Shown here: piece by piece, positions 24,401 to 38,400 of the stretch
Layout of the letters: each line of letters opens with the position of its first letter
Position numbering within the stretch: the stretch's first letter is position 1
NCBI GenBank assembly: GCA_002104905.1
Contig: MCFE01000319.1
Location: 32,039-96,038, forward strand
DNA length: 64,000 bases
DNA from: Basidiobolus meristosporus CBS 931.73
Taxonomy: Eukaryota; Fungi; Basidiobolomycota
Direction: 5' to 3'
Notes under the pieces: generated by a model
Seen by the model: the letters and a program-made list of their open reading frames with translations, nothing else
What the model was told of the DNA's origin: nothing
The model's database searches: none
Position numbers and translations under genes: made by a program

Positions 24401-27400
24401 GCAATATAAAGCAAGAGAATAAATATATTATACAAGGTCATAGCAATATGTGTCCATAGGTCCAGGTCTATGCAAGATGGATAACTCAATTCATATGCAA
24501 ATTTGAAGTAAGTGTACCATATTGAAATTCATTCCCAAAATAATGTAAAGGCAAAAAAATCATTATGTGCAAATAGTGCGGTGCTGTTTATTTACAATAT
24601 ACTAATCAGGGAAATCACACTTCCTGGTAATTAATACTGAGCCATTTCCGAGCCCCAGTTTGAAAACTCTGTACGATGACACCCCCACCAACAAGGCTAC
24701 ATCTCAAACTAGGGAATAAATACAAAACTTAATTTTTGCCAAGGCAAGATTGTTCTCGCGTATGGTGTGCCAAACCCATCCAGTGGCAAGATGTCAACAT
24801 TTCTACATGGGGAAATGTAGATTTTTGCCAACGTATGAGTACGAGTAAGTTCTGAAAATGGCTGGAATACCCGCAAAAGAAGTGGAGAATCCTGGCTTTC
24901 CTGCAGGAGTTTTGATTTCCATAAGCAGAATCAAAGGAAAGCTTGCGCAAGGAACATGCCAGTGACTTGTCACATTCTACAGAGTAAATCGCTTTCTATT
25001 GAGCTGATATTGAGTGAATTCTGCAATCTATAACCATGGCTGCGGGTTGTAAGAGTTTAGAGCAGCCGTTAAGCTAGGGGATCAGACTCGTTTTTGCAGT
25101 AGTATATTCAAAGACCCTCGGCACGTTAGAAGCTAAGGCATAAACCAACACCAAGCAGAAATCAGCTATTAATGTCCCTTTTCGAGAGGCATAACATGGA
25201 ACTACATGTTAGGCCTCAGGTAGAAACAGCAGCAGGGTGCATTGCTAGAAAAATGGCACGAGTAATCTGGTGATTTCAGCGTAGGGTCGGCGTAGTTTGT
25301 ATTCGATAAGTATTTTTAAGAAAATGTCTACACGCTCTATACTGGCCATCGTGCAGGGCCTGGTATTCCTGTATTCATATTTCAATAATACATGTAAACA
25401 TAAATATAAGGACTATGGAGCAGCTATGTACACAATGTGTTACGGTCACCACAGCACAATAAATTTTGAAATTTTAATGGTTAGTTGGTGATTAGCATGC
25501 CTTAGGATCTGTCCAACACTAAAGTTATTATGTATACTTTCATGATAAACAGGCTATTTCCGATACATTCCACGTCATTTGCACCAATTGCATTCAAGTA
25601 GTTGTATTCACTTATGGAGGGTACCTAATACTATAGCTACTATTTTGGCGCGAGAGAATATGAGCGCATATATTGAATCCATCGACAATTATAAGCGCCG
25701 ATCAGAAGAAGAGGGATGCCCATCCATTAATCAAAAGTGCCCAACGTCTCGTGCTGACTTTTGAAATGCTGACGAGGAGCTTGTGCTTTCAAAACCCCAT
25801 TAACAATATTTTGATTTTGATGTCTGTGCACTATGGGCATGATGCGAGGATATTCGTGAGTCATATATATCAAGTGTAAGGGGACCAATGTTGCATCATT
25901 CCTGATGATAGTAAGAAAACACATGAGGTATGTAGCTTAGTGGCATGTATTCCTGAGCAAAAATACGGTATATATATATATTTAAATTTATATATAATCC
26001 AGAAATTCTGAATGCAAAAAACAATTGCGACAAATTTTAAGATCACTATCATGCAACTTTGGATTTACATATGCATCACCAACTTGACAAATTCCATACA
26101 CCCTTATGGTTGCGACACGTAATAGCTAGTTGGCAACATTAGGAGTACCTCCTAAGTAGGATAGAACTGGCGTTGAGATACACAAAAGTATCACCTATTG
26201 TGTTACATTCCAAGGCCATAGACTGCGAGCAGGAGCTGTCGCTTGAATGGCCATGGTACTTATTGGTATAGATTTACATATGAACTTTATAATATCTGTA
26301 CTATTAGTGTCACACATATACTTACGTTTACAAATCCATAAATTTCTATAAATCCCTCACATATTTTTTATTAGTCCTGGACCAGCTCATTACTCAACGT
26401 TATCTTGAAAGTTACAATGAAAACTGTATAACACAACTGGCTGTGCAATAAGCCAGGGAAGGTTCTGGACCTGAAACACTGTCATCAGATGGCTGATGGT
26501 CTCACTGATTAGATATTTACGGAAAGCCGTACCTTGAGGACACGGAGTTAGAATTGCTAATGACGGCACATTATACTAACTGACCGCTAGGTAAAGTAGC
26601 AAACTCAAGGTACAGACTGATCTTTACAAGACTTTAGAATACTCCTAGTCATTAGGCCTGACCAACCAAGTCGGAGATGAATTTGCACCTCCACCATAGT
26701 AATTCATTAGGTGGTTGAACGAACTTTATAATGTATAGGTGATGTATTTGCAAACCTTCAATGCGGGGAATCCTCATGTTGCATACTCACATCTACTAAA
26801 AATAGAAGTGTGTCCTGATCGTAACTTAATATTTCATTTGATAGTGACTTCTTACCCGTATATCTCTAACCAATGAATAGTGGCGGAGCTTAAAACTTGG
26901 TACCTCCTGAAGGTATGTTGATAAGAAATCCGGCATAGTACACTTTAGGAATAAATTACGATCATTTTCAAAATATTACATGATGCACAAAACTCAATTG
27001 ACGTTGGTAATTCGATCAACCTAGCCGCTGAGGAACAGAATAGTCTTCCTTATTATCCATCTGCACCAGTGATATATGGCAACCTGAGGAATGCATGAAT
27101 TATACCCCCTTCTAAACCGAGCTGATTGGCGCAAGAGGTGGGCTATATGCCTTTCGAGTAGCTTCACTATTGATCATCTGGTTGTTCTTTTAAAGGAAAC
27201 TCAATTCAGCGATTTTATGGAGTTCACACGACAGTACAATTCTAAACCAGCCTCTTTGAAATCACACTGAGACTGATTCGGTAGTGCGCATCAATCAAAT
27301 GCTCTTCATCATCTTGAGCCTCATTGGCTCCAAAGGGAGCTGCCAGGCCTAGACCGCTACCGGCTAGATTTGGCTTCGATAGAGTAGCACTTTCTATTGG

Positions 27401-28748
27401 CCCAGTGGAGTTTGTGGCTGAGTTGCTATAGTAGACGACTAATTAGAGCGAAATGAATTCTCAACATCAAGTTTCCCATTGTTGTTTTCATGCGATCATC
27501 AGGGTTATTCTCTAACCAACAAAAGCCTATTCCCACAGTACGGCCTGTAAGCTTTTGAGTGACCCTTCGCAAGATCATCAACAGAATTAGTAGTAAATTG
27601 CGTTCCCCGTGACTAAATATACGTCATATTTCGAGACGTATTTTATAATTGGCGTTCTAGTACCCTGTTACTCAAATCCTAATATCACGACACCTCAACT
27701 GGCGAGTATTACACTGATCGAGGGTGTAACTTTACGGATATACAGTGGTAGCAAGAGTTGAAGTTTCGTTGTGTGTGTGTTGAACCAAATGCCATAGGGC
27801 CAAAGGGTGAGTTTTCTGAAGAGTAGCTATAATCGAACATACATGTCGTGGGTACGGCACCAAAGTGGCTTTGGCAAACGTTTAGCCATGATGTCCAAAT
27901 ATCGTATTCGAGGGGCTCACCATTCCAAGTTTCTTCCATTTTAAGACTAGGGCACAGATAACCAAATAGGGCCGATCAAGACTCTACCCACTAGTATCAG
28001 GATCACCCATATTTTAGGAAATCTTGTTTGTCGTATGGTTCTAGCGCTATTCGAACCGACAGCCTAGTTAGCTGAGAACTTGGGAGTTGACCATTGATCT
28101 GGCTTCTTCAACAAGCACCGCTAGAGTTGAACGACTTTGCTTTCGTTATCTACCTAGCTGTTCCCGTGTTTCTTCCGTATAGGCCCTACACTTCGCTATG
28201 GATTTCAAGAGATGGAATGGCTTCGAGTCGGAGACGCAGCCAAATATGATGTGCTACATTGATGCAGTGGATGGCTCTGCTTACAAGTTGCCAACAGGCT
28301 TTATTTAGCTTGATCGGCTCGACTGCTATTCAACCGAGACATGACATAATGGTGCATTAGATTAACTCACTAACCAATTCATTAGGATCAGTGGACAGAA
28401 TCCTTATAGTCACCATGTATGGATTAGACTGGGACAGATCAATTCGTCGTAAAGTTGTAAAGGCACTGGTTTAGCCACAATTGTGGAGTTTGTAAACGTA
28501 TCATTTTTCGGTAAATGGTATGTCTGTAAATACGCGAGCTCAGTATGATCAGGTGTAGCAAAGGACCTGTTACCAATAGCACGCAAGCTATTAATTGCAA
28601 GACATGCTATTGATCATTAATTACATCAACCTTTGTATAATTGACACTGATGTTTATTTATATACATAAGAATTAACAAGATCTACGGCTTTCTGCTCAG
28701 AAAACTCAGGCATAATATTATCTACAATGAGGATCGATCATAATGGAT

Positions 28749-29441
28749 TCAAGGGTTCAGGAGAGACTCGACTGAGAAGATCGAGTTTGTCCTTGAGGTG
28801 CCTTGAGGTTTCCGATCAAGCATGATAGAGGTTTGCCATTTGTATGCTGGAGTGAACAAGGGCTCGCAAGATTGGGTAAATGGATAATGACCAACAACCA
28901 ACATGGAATGCCCCTCGATATCAGTTGGTGTAATGGGGCTTGTCGGCTCAGAAGATGTCCATCTGTCGTTGTAAAGCCCGGCGGGTTTTGGGAGGGAGTA
29001 CACATCATCTTGGTATGGGAGGAATGGTGCAGGTCGAGATTTCTTACTCTTTGCGGAGCACAGGCTTACTTCCTCGGGCTTCCGCTTCGAAGCAGGGCTG
29101 GTGCCTCTTGAGGGATCTATCTGGGTATTTGCTGGCTCATTGGTACATGGCTTCTTTTCGTGAATACGCTTGTGTCTGAGCAGCTCGTCAGACCGCGCAA
29201 AGCTCTTTAAGCAACCATAAAAATCACAGTGATAAGGCTTTTCGCCTGTGTGAGTTCGAAGATGCCTAGTGCGATGTTCCAAGCGGTTGAAGGACTTATC
29301 ACAGAGATTGCAAGCATATGGGCGGGGCGCCTTCATTGCATTGGTTGCAATAGAGAAAGTATGGAAGTATGGGTTTGGCTTGGGGGACTTCTTATCCCTA
29401 TTGAGCAAGTTTGTGATGTTCAATGGTCCACTAGTGTTCAT
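28749..29441 (-). CDS. C2H2 zinc-finger transcription factor, CreA/Mig1 family
   Basis: [55 protein letters not shown] carries the CreA/Mig1 recognition helices RLEH.TRH and RSDEL.RH. Intronless, 230 aa. Confidence 0.9.
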   Translation of the reverse strand: MNTSGPLNITNLLNRDKKSPKPNPYFHTFSIATNAMKAPRPYACNLCDKSFNRLEHRTRHLRTHTGEKPYHCDFYGCLKSFARSDELLRHKRIHEKKPCTNEPANTQIDPSRGTSPASKRKPEEVSLCSAKSKKSRPAPFLPYQDDVYSLPKPAGLYNDRWTSSEPTSPITPTDIEGHSMLVVGHYPFTQSCEPLFTPAYKWQTSIMLDRKPQGTSRTNSIFSVESLLNP

Positions 29442-30299
29442 TTTGAATGCGATAACAAAGATGTGAAGACACAGGAGACCCCTAGCCTATTTATAAGCCA
29501 TTAATGGACTTCAAAAATGGGGAGAACATATTTGGAATTTTGAGGGAATTACAATAACTAGGAAACAAAGACCTAGAACGAGCCTATGTGAAATTTGTAT
29601 CAGCAGATAATATTAAAGCTGATTGTCCAATCGCCTGGCAACTCTCCATTTCACCATTACTGGACATACCTCTAATGTAAAGACTGTGCGGATTGGGTGA
29701 TAGGATTCTATAGAAGCACAGGGTGGAGAAAGCCAGTAGCCTTTTTGAATGAAATATTGACTTATTATTGAATGAATCTCACTTTATTCTTTTCTTCCCA
29801 AGTCTTTCCTGACTCCGATCAACACATTATCGGGAATGCAGTAAATTCGTCAATGTGGAAAATATCGCGGGAATTTTTGTAGCCAGGCAGGGAATGTTCA
29901 CTAGATCTCATTTATTTCTGTGGTAAATATAGTGTTCGAACCTTTCAAACCATCTGTGCACTTAATATATCTTACATCTCGTGAGCATCTAGAATGAAGT
30001 CTGTCCATTTCAAACTCACGGAAGGCCGTATTAGTCGACCAGTCCTCTCCCCAAAGCTTATGAAATGGTGTATGGTACGCAATACAAATATTGCTGATTA
30101 TACAATGTGTGAATTTAATGGGTTAATCCAATGGGAGAGTAGTAGTTGTGACAGCACATATTTTGGCTGCAGTCGTGCCTCAATAGCACATACGCAAGAC
30201 TAGGTTCTTATCCATGATTCTCGATATGTCAGCCAATGAGAACCACCGTGTGGTTGGGATGCCATTGCTGTTAGCTGAGGAATGGTTGAATAGACTGTG

Positions 30300-32200
30300 C
30301 CAGCATTTCCTTAATCCGACAAACTCAATTTCTTTTGGCCATTTTCAAGCTTTACTGCCAGACATTTAGTATCGGCAGGGAATTTAAGGCAATGTTTATA
30401 ACAGGAAATCCCCTAGTAACATTGGGTGCAGACCCTTCTCAATTCGAGTCCAATATGGTGATATCATGGATAAAGCCTGTGATGATACCTGGGTACCTTA
30501 TCGTCATTTATTCAATTTCACCTAAATGAGCTAGCTAAACTATACAAATCACTACAGCTATGCCATTGCCTTTCTGGACGTCCTTCACCAACCACTCCAC
30601 GTAGCCTATAGGTATCACTCTGATTTAATCCACCTTCGTTCATCCAACCACATGGTGGGTAGTAAGCCACACCACATGGCCAGGTTAGACACTCTGTCGC
30701 CCAAGGACTCAGTTTCCCAAAACTAGAAGGCCAAACATGGACTTCCAAGGCAACAGAAAGCATGACATCCTTTGAGGTGATGATTGCGTCGGGGCTACTG
30801 AAAGGCTTCTGCTTGTGTGCCCCTTGCTACTGGACGTCCGAGGTTGAATGCGCACTGGCAGATTAATTTCGTGAAACTGGCTCTTGATCACTAGCTCCGT
30901 ATTAAACATATCCAAGTTTTAGGGTTACACACGTTGCCACCTAGAGATTGGTGTGATCGCTACAAAATCATATGACCAGTGATCGGTTGAATCACGAGTG
31001 ACGGAAGGATTTGCCACTGGATCTACTTGCCATGTAGACATATCCTTGAGGCAACAGCAGATCATTTAGGCTCTCACATCCACGAATGGGATACTCGACA
31101 GTTGCAAAAAAACTGGATACTTCTGGACCCATATAAAGAATCAGGGAAAATGGATTTATCTAGGGCAGAAAACCATTTTTCCTAGGAAGGGTTGTGCATC
31201 CTGGGTTGCGTATATAGTATATCCTCATGCCCTTTGGCTCCTCACCAATTTCGGCTGCAGAATTGATGAACGATGATAATCAGCTGCCCTACCTCATTGT
31301 CTGTTGCATGAGGTTGGGGTTTTTTATTTGTTGACTAATCTTGCACATCTCTGCCACAAGCCATCCTCCAAAGATGGAAATACTATAATAATCACAGCCC
31401 TAACCTTGAAAACACCGGAATTTTCCACCCCATATAACCAATTGGTACGTAAATGGGAGTCCAAATTCCAAGAATCCCATCCAGGTCCACACACATCAAG
31501 GCTGAAGTGCTTCTGCTCTCGGAAGATTTTGAATGCTCCAGCCTTTACAGGGAAATTCCTAATACGGAGGTCCACCTACGCACCTGTGGGCAATTCTGCT
31601 TATAGTCGCGCTAAGAAATCCATTTCTCCAAGTATCTGATACGAAGAGGTGTGTCCTGGTAGAGGAGGTGTGTGGTCCGTTACCAAATCTTCCGTGATTG
31701 CTTGGCAAGGAATCACGGGTAGGACAGTGGTGAGTGATCGAAGTTCATGAACAAGAACCACCGGAGGCATGTTGCATCGATCCTGTGGTACAATGAGTCA
31801 ATGCCTGTCACACGCTGATCATCAGTACAGTCACCCCAATAGAATTTGCCCCGCTATAACATCGAGTTTCGAGTTTCCTGATATTTTACAGGGGAAAAAC
31901 ATAGAATTGAGCTAGAGGTGCGGGGGAACTGATAAGGACTGAGCCAATGGAGTGTGCACCTTGGGAAATCCCCTTGTGACTTGATCGCGGATACGGTACA
32001 TGGATTTTTGGGATCGCGTCACAAGTGAAACATACATTCTTGCAGACAGTAACGTGGAGCCAGCTAAGCTTATACAAGGTGGTTGCAACCACTGTGCCAT
32101 GGATAGAGCGAGGCTTTTGTTCACTATGCAGTAGGCTAAGGAATTATGGAAAGGGCGTTTTTTGCTGGCATGCCTCAATTCTCATAACTGAAAAGAGGAT
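30300..32200 (-). mobile_element. Possible very old Ty3/Gypsy retrotransposon remnant
   Basis: Fragments in gag-protease-RT order on the minus strand: VCFTCDAIPKIHVPYP (knuckle-like), VDLDGILGIW (cf. DVILG.PW), QWHSCSDLYSL (cf. WRMCVDYR.L), YHHIGL (cf. GYHQIRI). All are weak and interrupted by stops. Confidence 0.25.
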
Positions 32201-35200
32201 TTGAACTGGCGGTTTTGCAGGATCAAAAAATGGAGGCATGTCCAGCTGTTACTGTATTGATCCGCCATTACGCGAGTTACCACATCCTTCAGATTGATAC
32301 GTGTGGGTCGCGTGGATGATGGTTGTCAGATCACCCGCCGATTGGTGGTTGCTTTCTTGTGCGACTTCACCAAAATGAATAAATTATTCTGGATTCCTGA
32401 CATTCGTAGCCCCCAAGGTTGGTTAGCTATTTATAAATACCGCTCTTTTATCCACCAGTAACATCCACCAGTATGATATAAGCAGTTAATCGTTCAAATC
32501 AGGGTGATTTTATGTTGCTAGAATGCACAGGCAACAGTTTCCAGATATTTTTCGCGGGCTTCCTATCAGCTTTGTGATATGGCACCAACGAGATTCTAGA
32601 CTCCCAAACTTTAAAAGAAATACCGCGGATCACAGTTTTTATCGTAGGAAATATAAGGTGGACTTTGACTCGAGCTCTTGGTAAGGGCCACAAAGAAGGT
32701 ATAATGAAACGCCCAAACAAGTTCTCCACTGGAAAGGAACCGCACACTACATTGAAAATGGATAGATTAAAGGTGCACTATAGTATACAATAAGATGGTT
32801 TGGGTTTGATAAGCCCACCCGAATATTTCAGCCCTTTCACAAGGTTGCCCGTCAGAAACCGAGGAACTCCTGGCAATGTTACTGTTGTAATAAACATCAA
32901 TTTGAAAATTGGCCTGGCAGATATCGGCATTATGTCCATCACCTCAATAGATGAGTATCCTCATTGTTTAGTCTGTATATTAAGCGCTGCATACAACGGC
33001 GTAGTATCATGAAACGCAGCTGAAGCAAAGTGCTGTGAAAATCCTCGCATTATCTATTTACTAGCGAGGGTAGCAGTGATAACATTTCATGACCTTTTGA
33101 TCCGAATCCATTTCAACTTCCGGCCTCGGTCGTAGTGTCAAATATGTAATGGGGGCTATGCTAGTCAGCCGACCACTTGGACCGAGAACCTTCCTGTGAA
33201 TTAAATTTGCGTACCTCAAAGCGCATTAAAATGTTTATGCGTGTGGTATTTAATATTCATGATCTTTGTGGAATCCGGAATGACACAGCATATTGCTGTG
33301 ATCTTATTGCTACTGAGGTCTTCTCGTATTTGAAGTGGATTGTAAAATATATTCACAAAGTGGTGTGCCAATCGATTCCAAGGCCTAAATAGGATGTCAT
33401 ATGAACTACTGCCTGCCTGTAAAGGAAGTCAAGACCTGAATGGATAAGCATATTGTGGGCCGTCGATGTATATTTCAACTGGGATTTCGTATATGACGTC
33501 GATGCAATTCGTAATGCATGAACTAATCAAGACACAGTCACAGATTTGAGCGTTTCCTTTTCTGGACTTCAGTTTGTTCACACGTAAGAGTATGGTCAGC
33601 ACATTAATCCCGTATATTTGTGTTATCAGCTGAGCAACCTCACATTTATTTTACCGAAGCGTCCCAAGGCATACCAGTACGCTTGGTCTTTGCAGGTGAT
33701 TCTGTCCAGTTGCTTCTGTCTCTCTTGTACATAATAAAACACCGCATTTTGTTACACAAATCTCAACCATACATTTCACACGGATGGAACTCGCTTAGCT
33801 GGTGACTACATTGACAAGCCCTTGCGATTCCCCTGGCTTTATACCATGGCCATACAGCACACGCACACAAACTGGACACTATATGATGGAGGCCTGAATA
33901 CATACCATACGTGTGGTATTCGTAGCATCCTTATGTTTACATGGCTCCATCGTACATCCCTGTGATTGGCCCAACGGGATGATTTTTGGTGAGGATGTAT
34001 TGGATAGGTCGAATTTATTGGCAACAGTGTAGTGATGAAGACCAAATCATGCCTAGAAAACGGACATCAACAAGATATCTTGTCTTGGGCTTCTGAAACT
34101 TTCGTAATGTCAGCCTTGAAAAGTAGCCCATTGACTCTCGGAAATCATACGTCACGCATTTTCCGGTTGTTTACAGCCTGTACTAGGGACAACAAACACC
34201 GGCCTCTCCAGATAAATAGACAAGGTGGCGCCGAGATATTCTATCCTCACACAACATGAAAGAATCCGCATGCAACGAAGGTAGACAAGAACGATCAGCA
34301 ACATCAGCCATCTCCGGGTTTACTGACAAGATGAAAGGCTCCATCCAGGTAACATATCCATCACAGATGGTCATGGAACCATCTCCTAACTGGGCTTGAG
34401 TTTAGCATGGAGTAGGCTCGCTGCTTCGAAGCAAGAGCCTCAAGAAAGAAGGAGAGTACAACATCCTTCGGGGAGATAGAAAGCTGAAAAGTCAAGGATT
34501 GGAGCCCAACATAAGAGCACCAAATGAGCACGAGGATTATGTGGGCTCCGACGAAAACTCGGACCTTAGGGTCTACTACACTGCGGGTGGAAGGCCTGAT
34601 CCAATCCATTACAACGGTTAACGTTTTAATCCAGACAATGGCCAGTCATTGGCCTGTCTTCATACGCGCATCGTCATATGGAGAGCTCTTTTTGGAAAGC
34701 TTATTCAGTTGCGATTTATGCATCCACCTCAGTCGATCGTGTACATATGTAATCCGCCATGATAGTCCCCTACCGTCACCAAGGCCTCCCTCTCTAATAA
34801 AAGCCAAGCGCGTTGCTTGAACTAGTCATTCCAAGTGTCCCAGCCATTACGCCATTGATGGAGCGCCATCCCCGCTGCGCTGAGCTCAATTCATGCTCAT
34901 GATCACTGTGTATTAGGATAAACCCGTCGTTTCAAGTTTGATAGCAGTCGGTAAGTGAGCAGCTAGGGCCGTTCTTGATGACTTCCGAATCGCTTGCAAG
35001 GCGTATGGTTAACTAAGTGATGGTATCACTTTCTGGTGTGCCAGCCAATGGGCCGCGTCGCCATGTACCAATCAAGAGAGACTCAGTAAAAGACAAGTTG
35101 ATGACTTCATCCTTGCTTGTAGTCGATCAGATCAAGAATGTGTAATCCAATAAAATTCACCAAGCCAAGACTAATTTACAGAGAATCATGTATCATGAGT

Positions 35201-35412
35201 TTCACGGTTTTCGGGCGGAGTAGCTCATTTCTCAGAAGCTGACCTAATCGTGAAGTGGGAATTGGAAAATATAAAACGAGTCATATGGTTGAGGTTCTCG
35301 TTCATCGTACTTTATGAATAACCCTCGAGCTACTCGCTACCGAACCGAATTTTGATTTTTTTATACTTGTATTATCAGTCGTCGCTGGGTTATCAACAGA
35401 AATTCTGCAATT

Positions 35413-38400
35413 ATGAGTCAAAGAATTGAGCAAGATCTTGACCTTTCATCACATCCTCAAAACGCTCACAACAGCGGCAAAGCTTCTCGTAAGAACCTCT
35501 GGGATCTAGTCTCCAATCCATTCTCCAGCGAGGGGCTTAGTACTAGTCCCAATCAACCCGAGACCAACTCCCCCAAACCCACAAAAAACGACAAGGTTGA
35601 AGCTAAACAGGTGAATTACATGGACTCCAGCAAATTTGAAGGCGGAACTACGACTCCTACCATCTCTAGCAATGTCTCCTCCTACCGGCAGTCTCCTATC
35701 CCAGGAAGTTATCCATCTCAACCTAATTCACCGGTTCTGGAATATCCCGAACTAAACGAAGACCCTAAAGAATCGGATATGACGGGGTCCAGTTTTCGCA
35801 ATTTCCCCACCTTTTTCCCACTCACTACCTCATCTACCACCAAGTCGAGCGCTAGGGAGGTTAGTGACGCGAGCTCCAGTGCCACGAAGCCTGAGAAATA
35901 CCATGCTAGACGTTCTAGTGCAGGATTCCTCAAGAGTAAAGGCTCGGCCAGTAATCGAAGATCAAGTGCCCATGTACCAACTCGCATCTCTGAGAAGCCA
36001 GAAACATCTACCACCGATAATACACAGAAGCCTTTGGTAGTATCGAGTCTTGAAGCGCCAGCGCGACCTGCTGCAAGTTTGGCAAGGTCTGAGGCAAGTG
36101 ACAACCAGGAGGATGACAACGCCCCACCTGACCAAAGTATATCTGGCTTTCCTACTGCGCTTGGTGCCTCAGCGATTACTGGTGTAGCAGCAATAACAGG
36201 ACATTTGGCGGGTTCTTCCAAACAACCCGGCGCCCATTCAGAGACCTCAAGCGCTAACGAGTTTAGCAAGACCATTGTGGTCCCAGGGGACGACAGTGGC
36301 ATGGATAGATCTACGAAACTGCCTATTAGATCTTCCTCTGGCGAAGAGGTATTGCGGCATAGCAAATTGTATTGATTTGGCAGAACCTAACATGCTTTTC
36401 ATTAGGATACCTTGCTGAGTGGAGGGGACCAAACTAAGCAAGAAGCTGAACTCGGTCAAAATCAACCAATTGCAGGCCTATTCTCTGACAGTACCAACAT
36501 TGAGCAAACACCACATGGTTCGCTAACGTCGGACATCAGCCTACCAACATTTACGTCGCCTAACGCCGGATCAATATCTGCATGGGAGGAGGTGACAGAC
36601 CCACGCAGCACTCGGGATCATTGGATAAATACCAGCGAAGTCATTAGTCAAGCAAGTCCCACCAGAGGGTTGGATTCTGAACCTGGTGAGAGCGATGATC
36701 TCGTCAAATCGATCAGTATTCATGGGCCATTATTTGCTACCTCTGACAATATTCACACTCAACAGCAGAGCATGCAGGATTCTAATCTACCATCCACTAC
36801 TCACAGATTAACTACGGATATTTCCCCTATCTTTGGGCAAAGCAGATTTGGAGAGGGTGAGGCCAACAGCCTTCATAACGATCAACTGCTCAATAGAAAT
36901 ACTGGTGAATACGCGAAGCTCACCGATGATTTGCAGGACTCTAATTTAGTTGGCCCGGACGATGCCATCAATACCACAGCTGAACAGTTCTCACCAGGAT
37001 CTGTAACATCGCACCAAGTAGAATCAATAGGTCTTTATGGCACAAGCACTGATAATTCGAACATGGCAAGCGACAAAGCAGTCATCGAAAGAGCGGACGA
37101 GGCACCCGCTGAGGTTGTTAGCGACGGAAATAACCTCACAAGTGTGTCAATAGGAATACTTGGAGGAACAGTGTTGGGGGCTGGCATGAGTAGTCTGTTC
37201 AGTGAAACAGATAGAAGTTCGGTTGAGGAAGTTCACAAGAGCGAATCCAGCCAATATTCCAAACTGGCAGGCGACTTGACTAACATCGACCCTGAACTGC
37301 AACAAGCGGGAATAAGAGAAAATACCGCTCAATTGAGCAGTTCGGGTGGATCCACTAATCTTGAAACTACTGATGGTGGATATTCTGAGAAGGAGGACAC
37401 GTCCATAGTAGGGGATGCGATATCGAGAAGAGTGAGGGGCGCAAATCTTGTCAACACCAGAGGTACTGTTACTGAAATGATCAATGAATCAGCAACCGTC
37501 AGCCTAAACCCTCTGGAACTACACGACATCATCCATCCTACCGCCGAATCCCAGGAAAGAGGAGTGATTTCGACTACTGTTGAGCATATCAAAAATAGCA
37601 TTGGTGGAACTTCTGACAACAATGAAGCCAGTGAAAGGAGCGGAATTATCAAGGGAATTGCAGGAGTATTAGGTAGTGCAGCACTTGCTGTGGGTGCTGG
37701 TAGTCTGTTAAATACTTCTGAGAGAAATTCGGCTGAAGAGCTACCTGAGAAGGTTGCAACTATAAGCTTACACTCCAATGACATAGACAGAATTCTGCAT
37801 AAACCTGGACCACAGCAAGGCAATATAGTGACAAATACAGCCGAATGGATAAAGAGCGCCACCGGGTTTTCGAATACTGATGAAGTGAATGAAGGAGGCT
37901 CCTATCGTAAAGGGATTATCGGCATATTAGGCGGAGCATCTGTGGTTACAGGAGTCGGCAGCCTTTTCAGCAGGGATGAAAGTTCTATAGACATCATGGC
38001 CAAAAATGCCGCAACAATCGGCCTACATCCCAATGAAATCCACAAGATCCTACATCCTTCAGTTGTACATCAGCCAGGGGACATCATCGGCAGAGCCACC
38101 GAGTGGCTCAAGAGCAGTACATCCAAAATCACAAGTGTCGGCGAAGAAAACGATGGGCATCTCTTCAGTGAAACGATTGCGGGAATATTAGGCGGAGCAT
38201 CGTTGGGTATTGGTGTCGGTAGCCTGCTCAACAAAAGTGGTAATTCCATCACGGATATGGCCAAAAACGTCGCAACGATTGGGCTACATCCTGATGAGAT
38301 CCACAGTATTCTGCATCCTTCAAGCGTTCCTCAACAAGGTAATCTGATAAATAGAGCTACTGAGTGGTTGAAGAGTGGTACAAAAAAACCCCCTACTTCC

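Noticed and set aside
24660-28000. Scattered stop-interrupted peptide fragments and splice-like signals suggesting dead genes
   Set aside because: I could not match any fragment to a family; needs a TBLASTX search.
34361-34609. Hydrophobic 82-aa ORF faintly like ORMDL/Orm1
   Set aside because: Only generic hydrophobicity; the conserved ORMDL motifs are absent.
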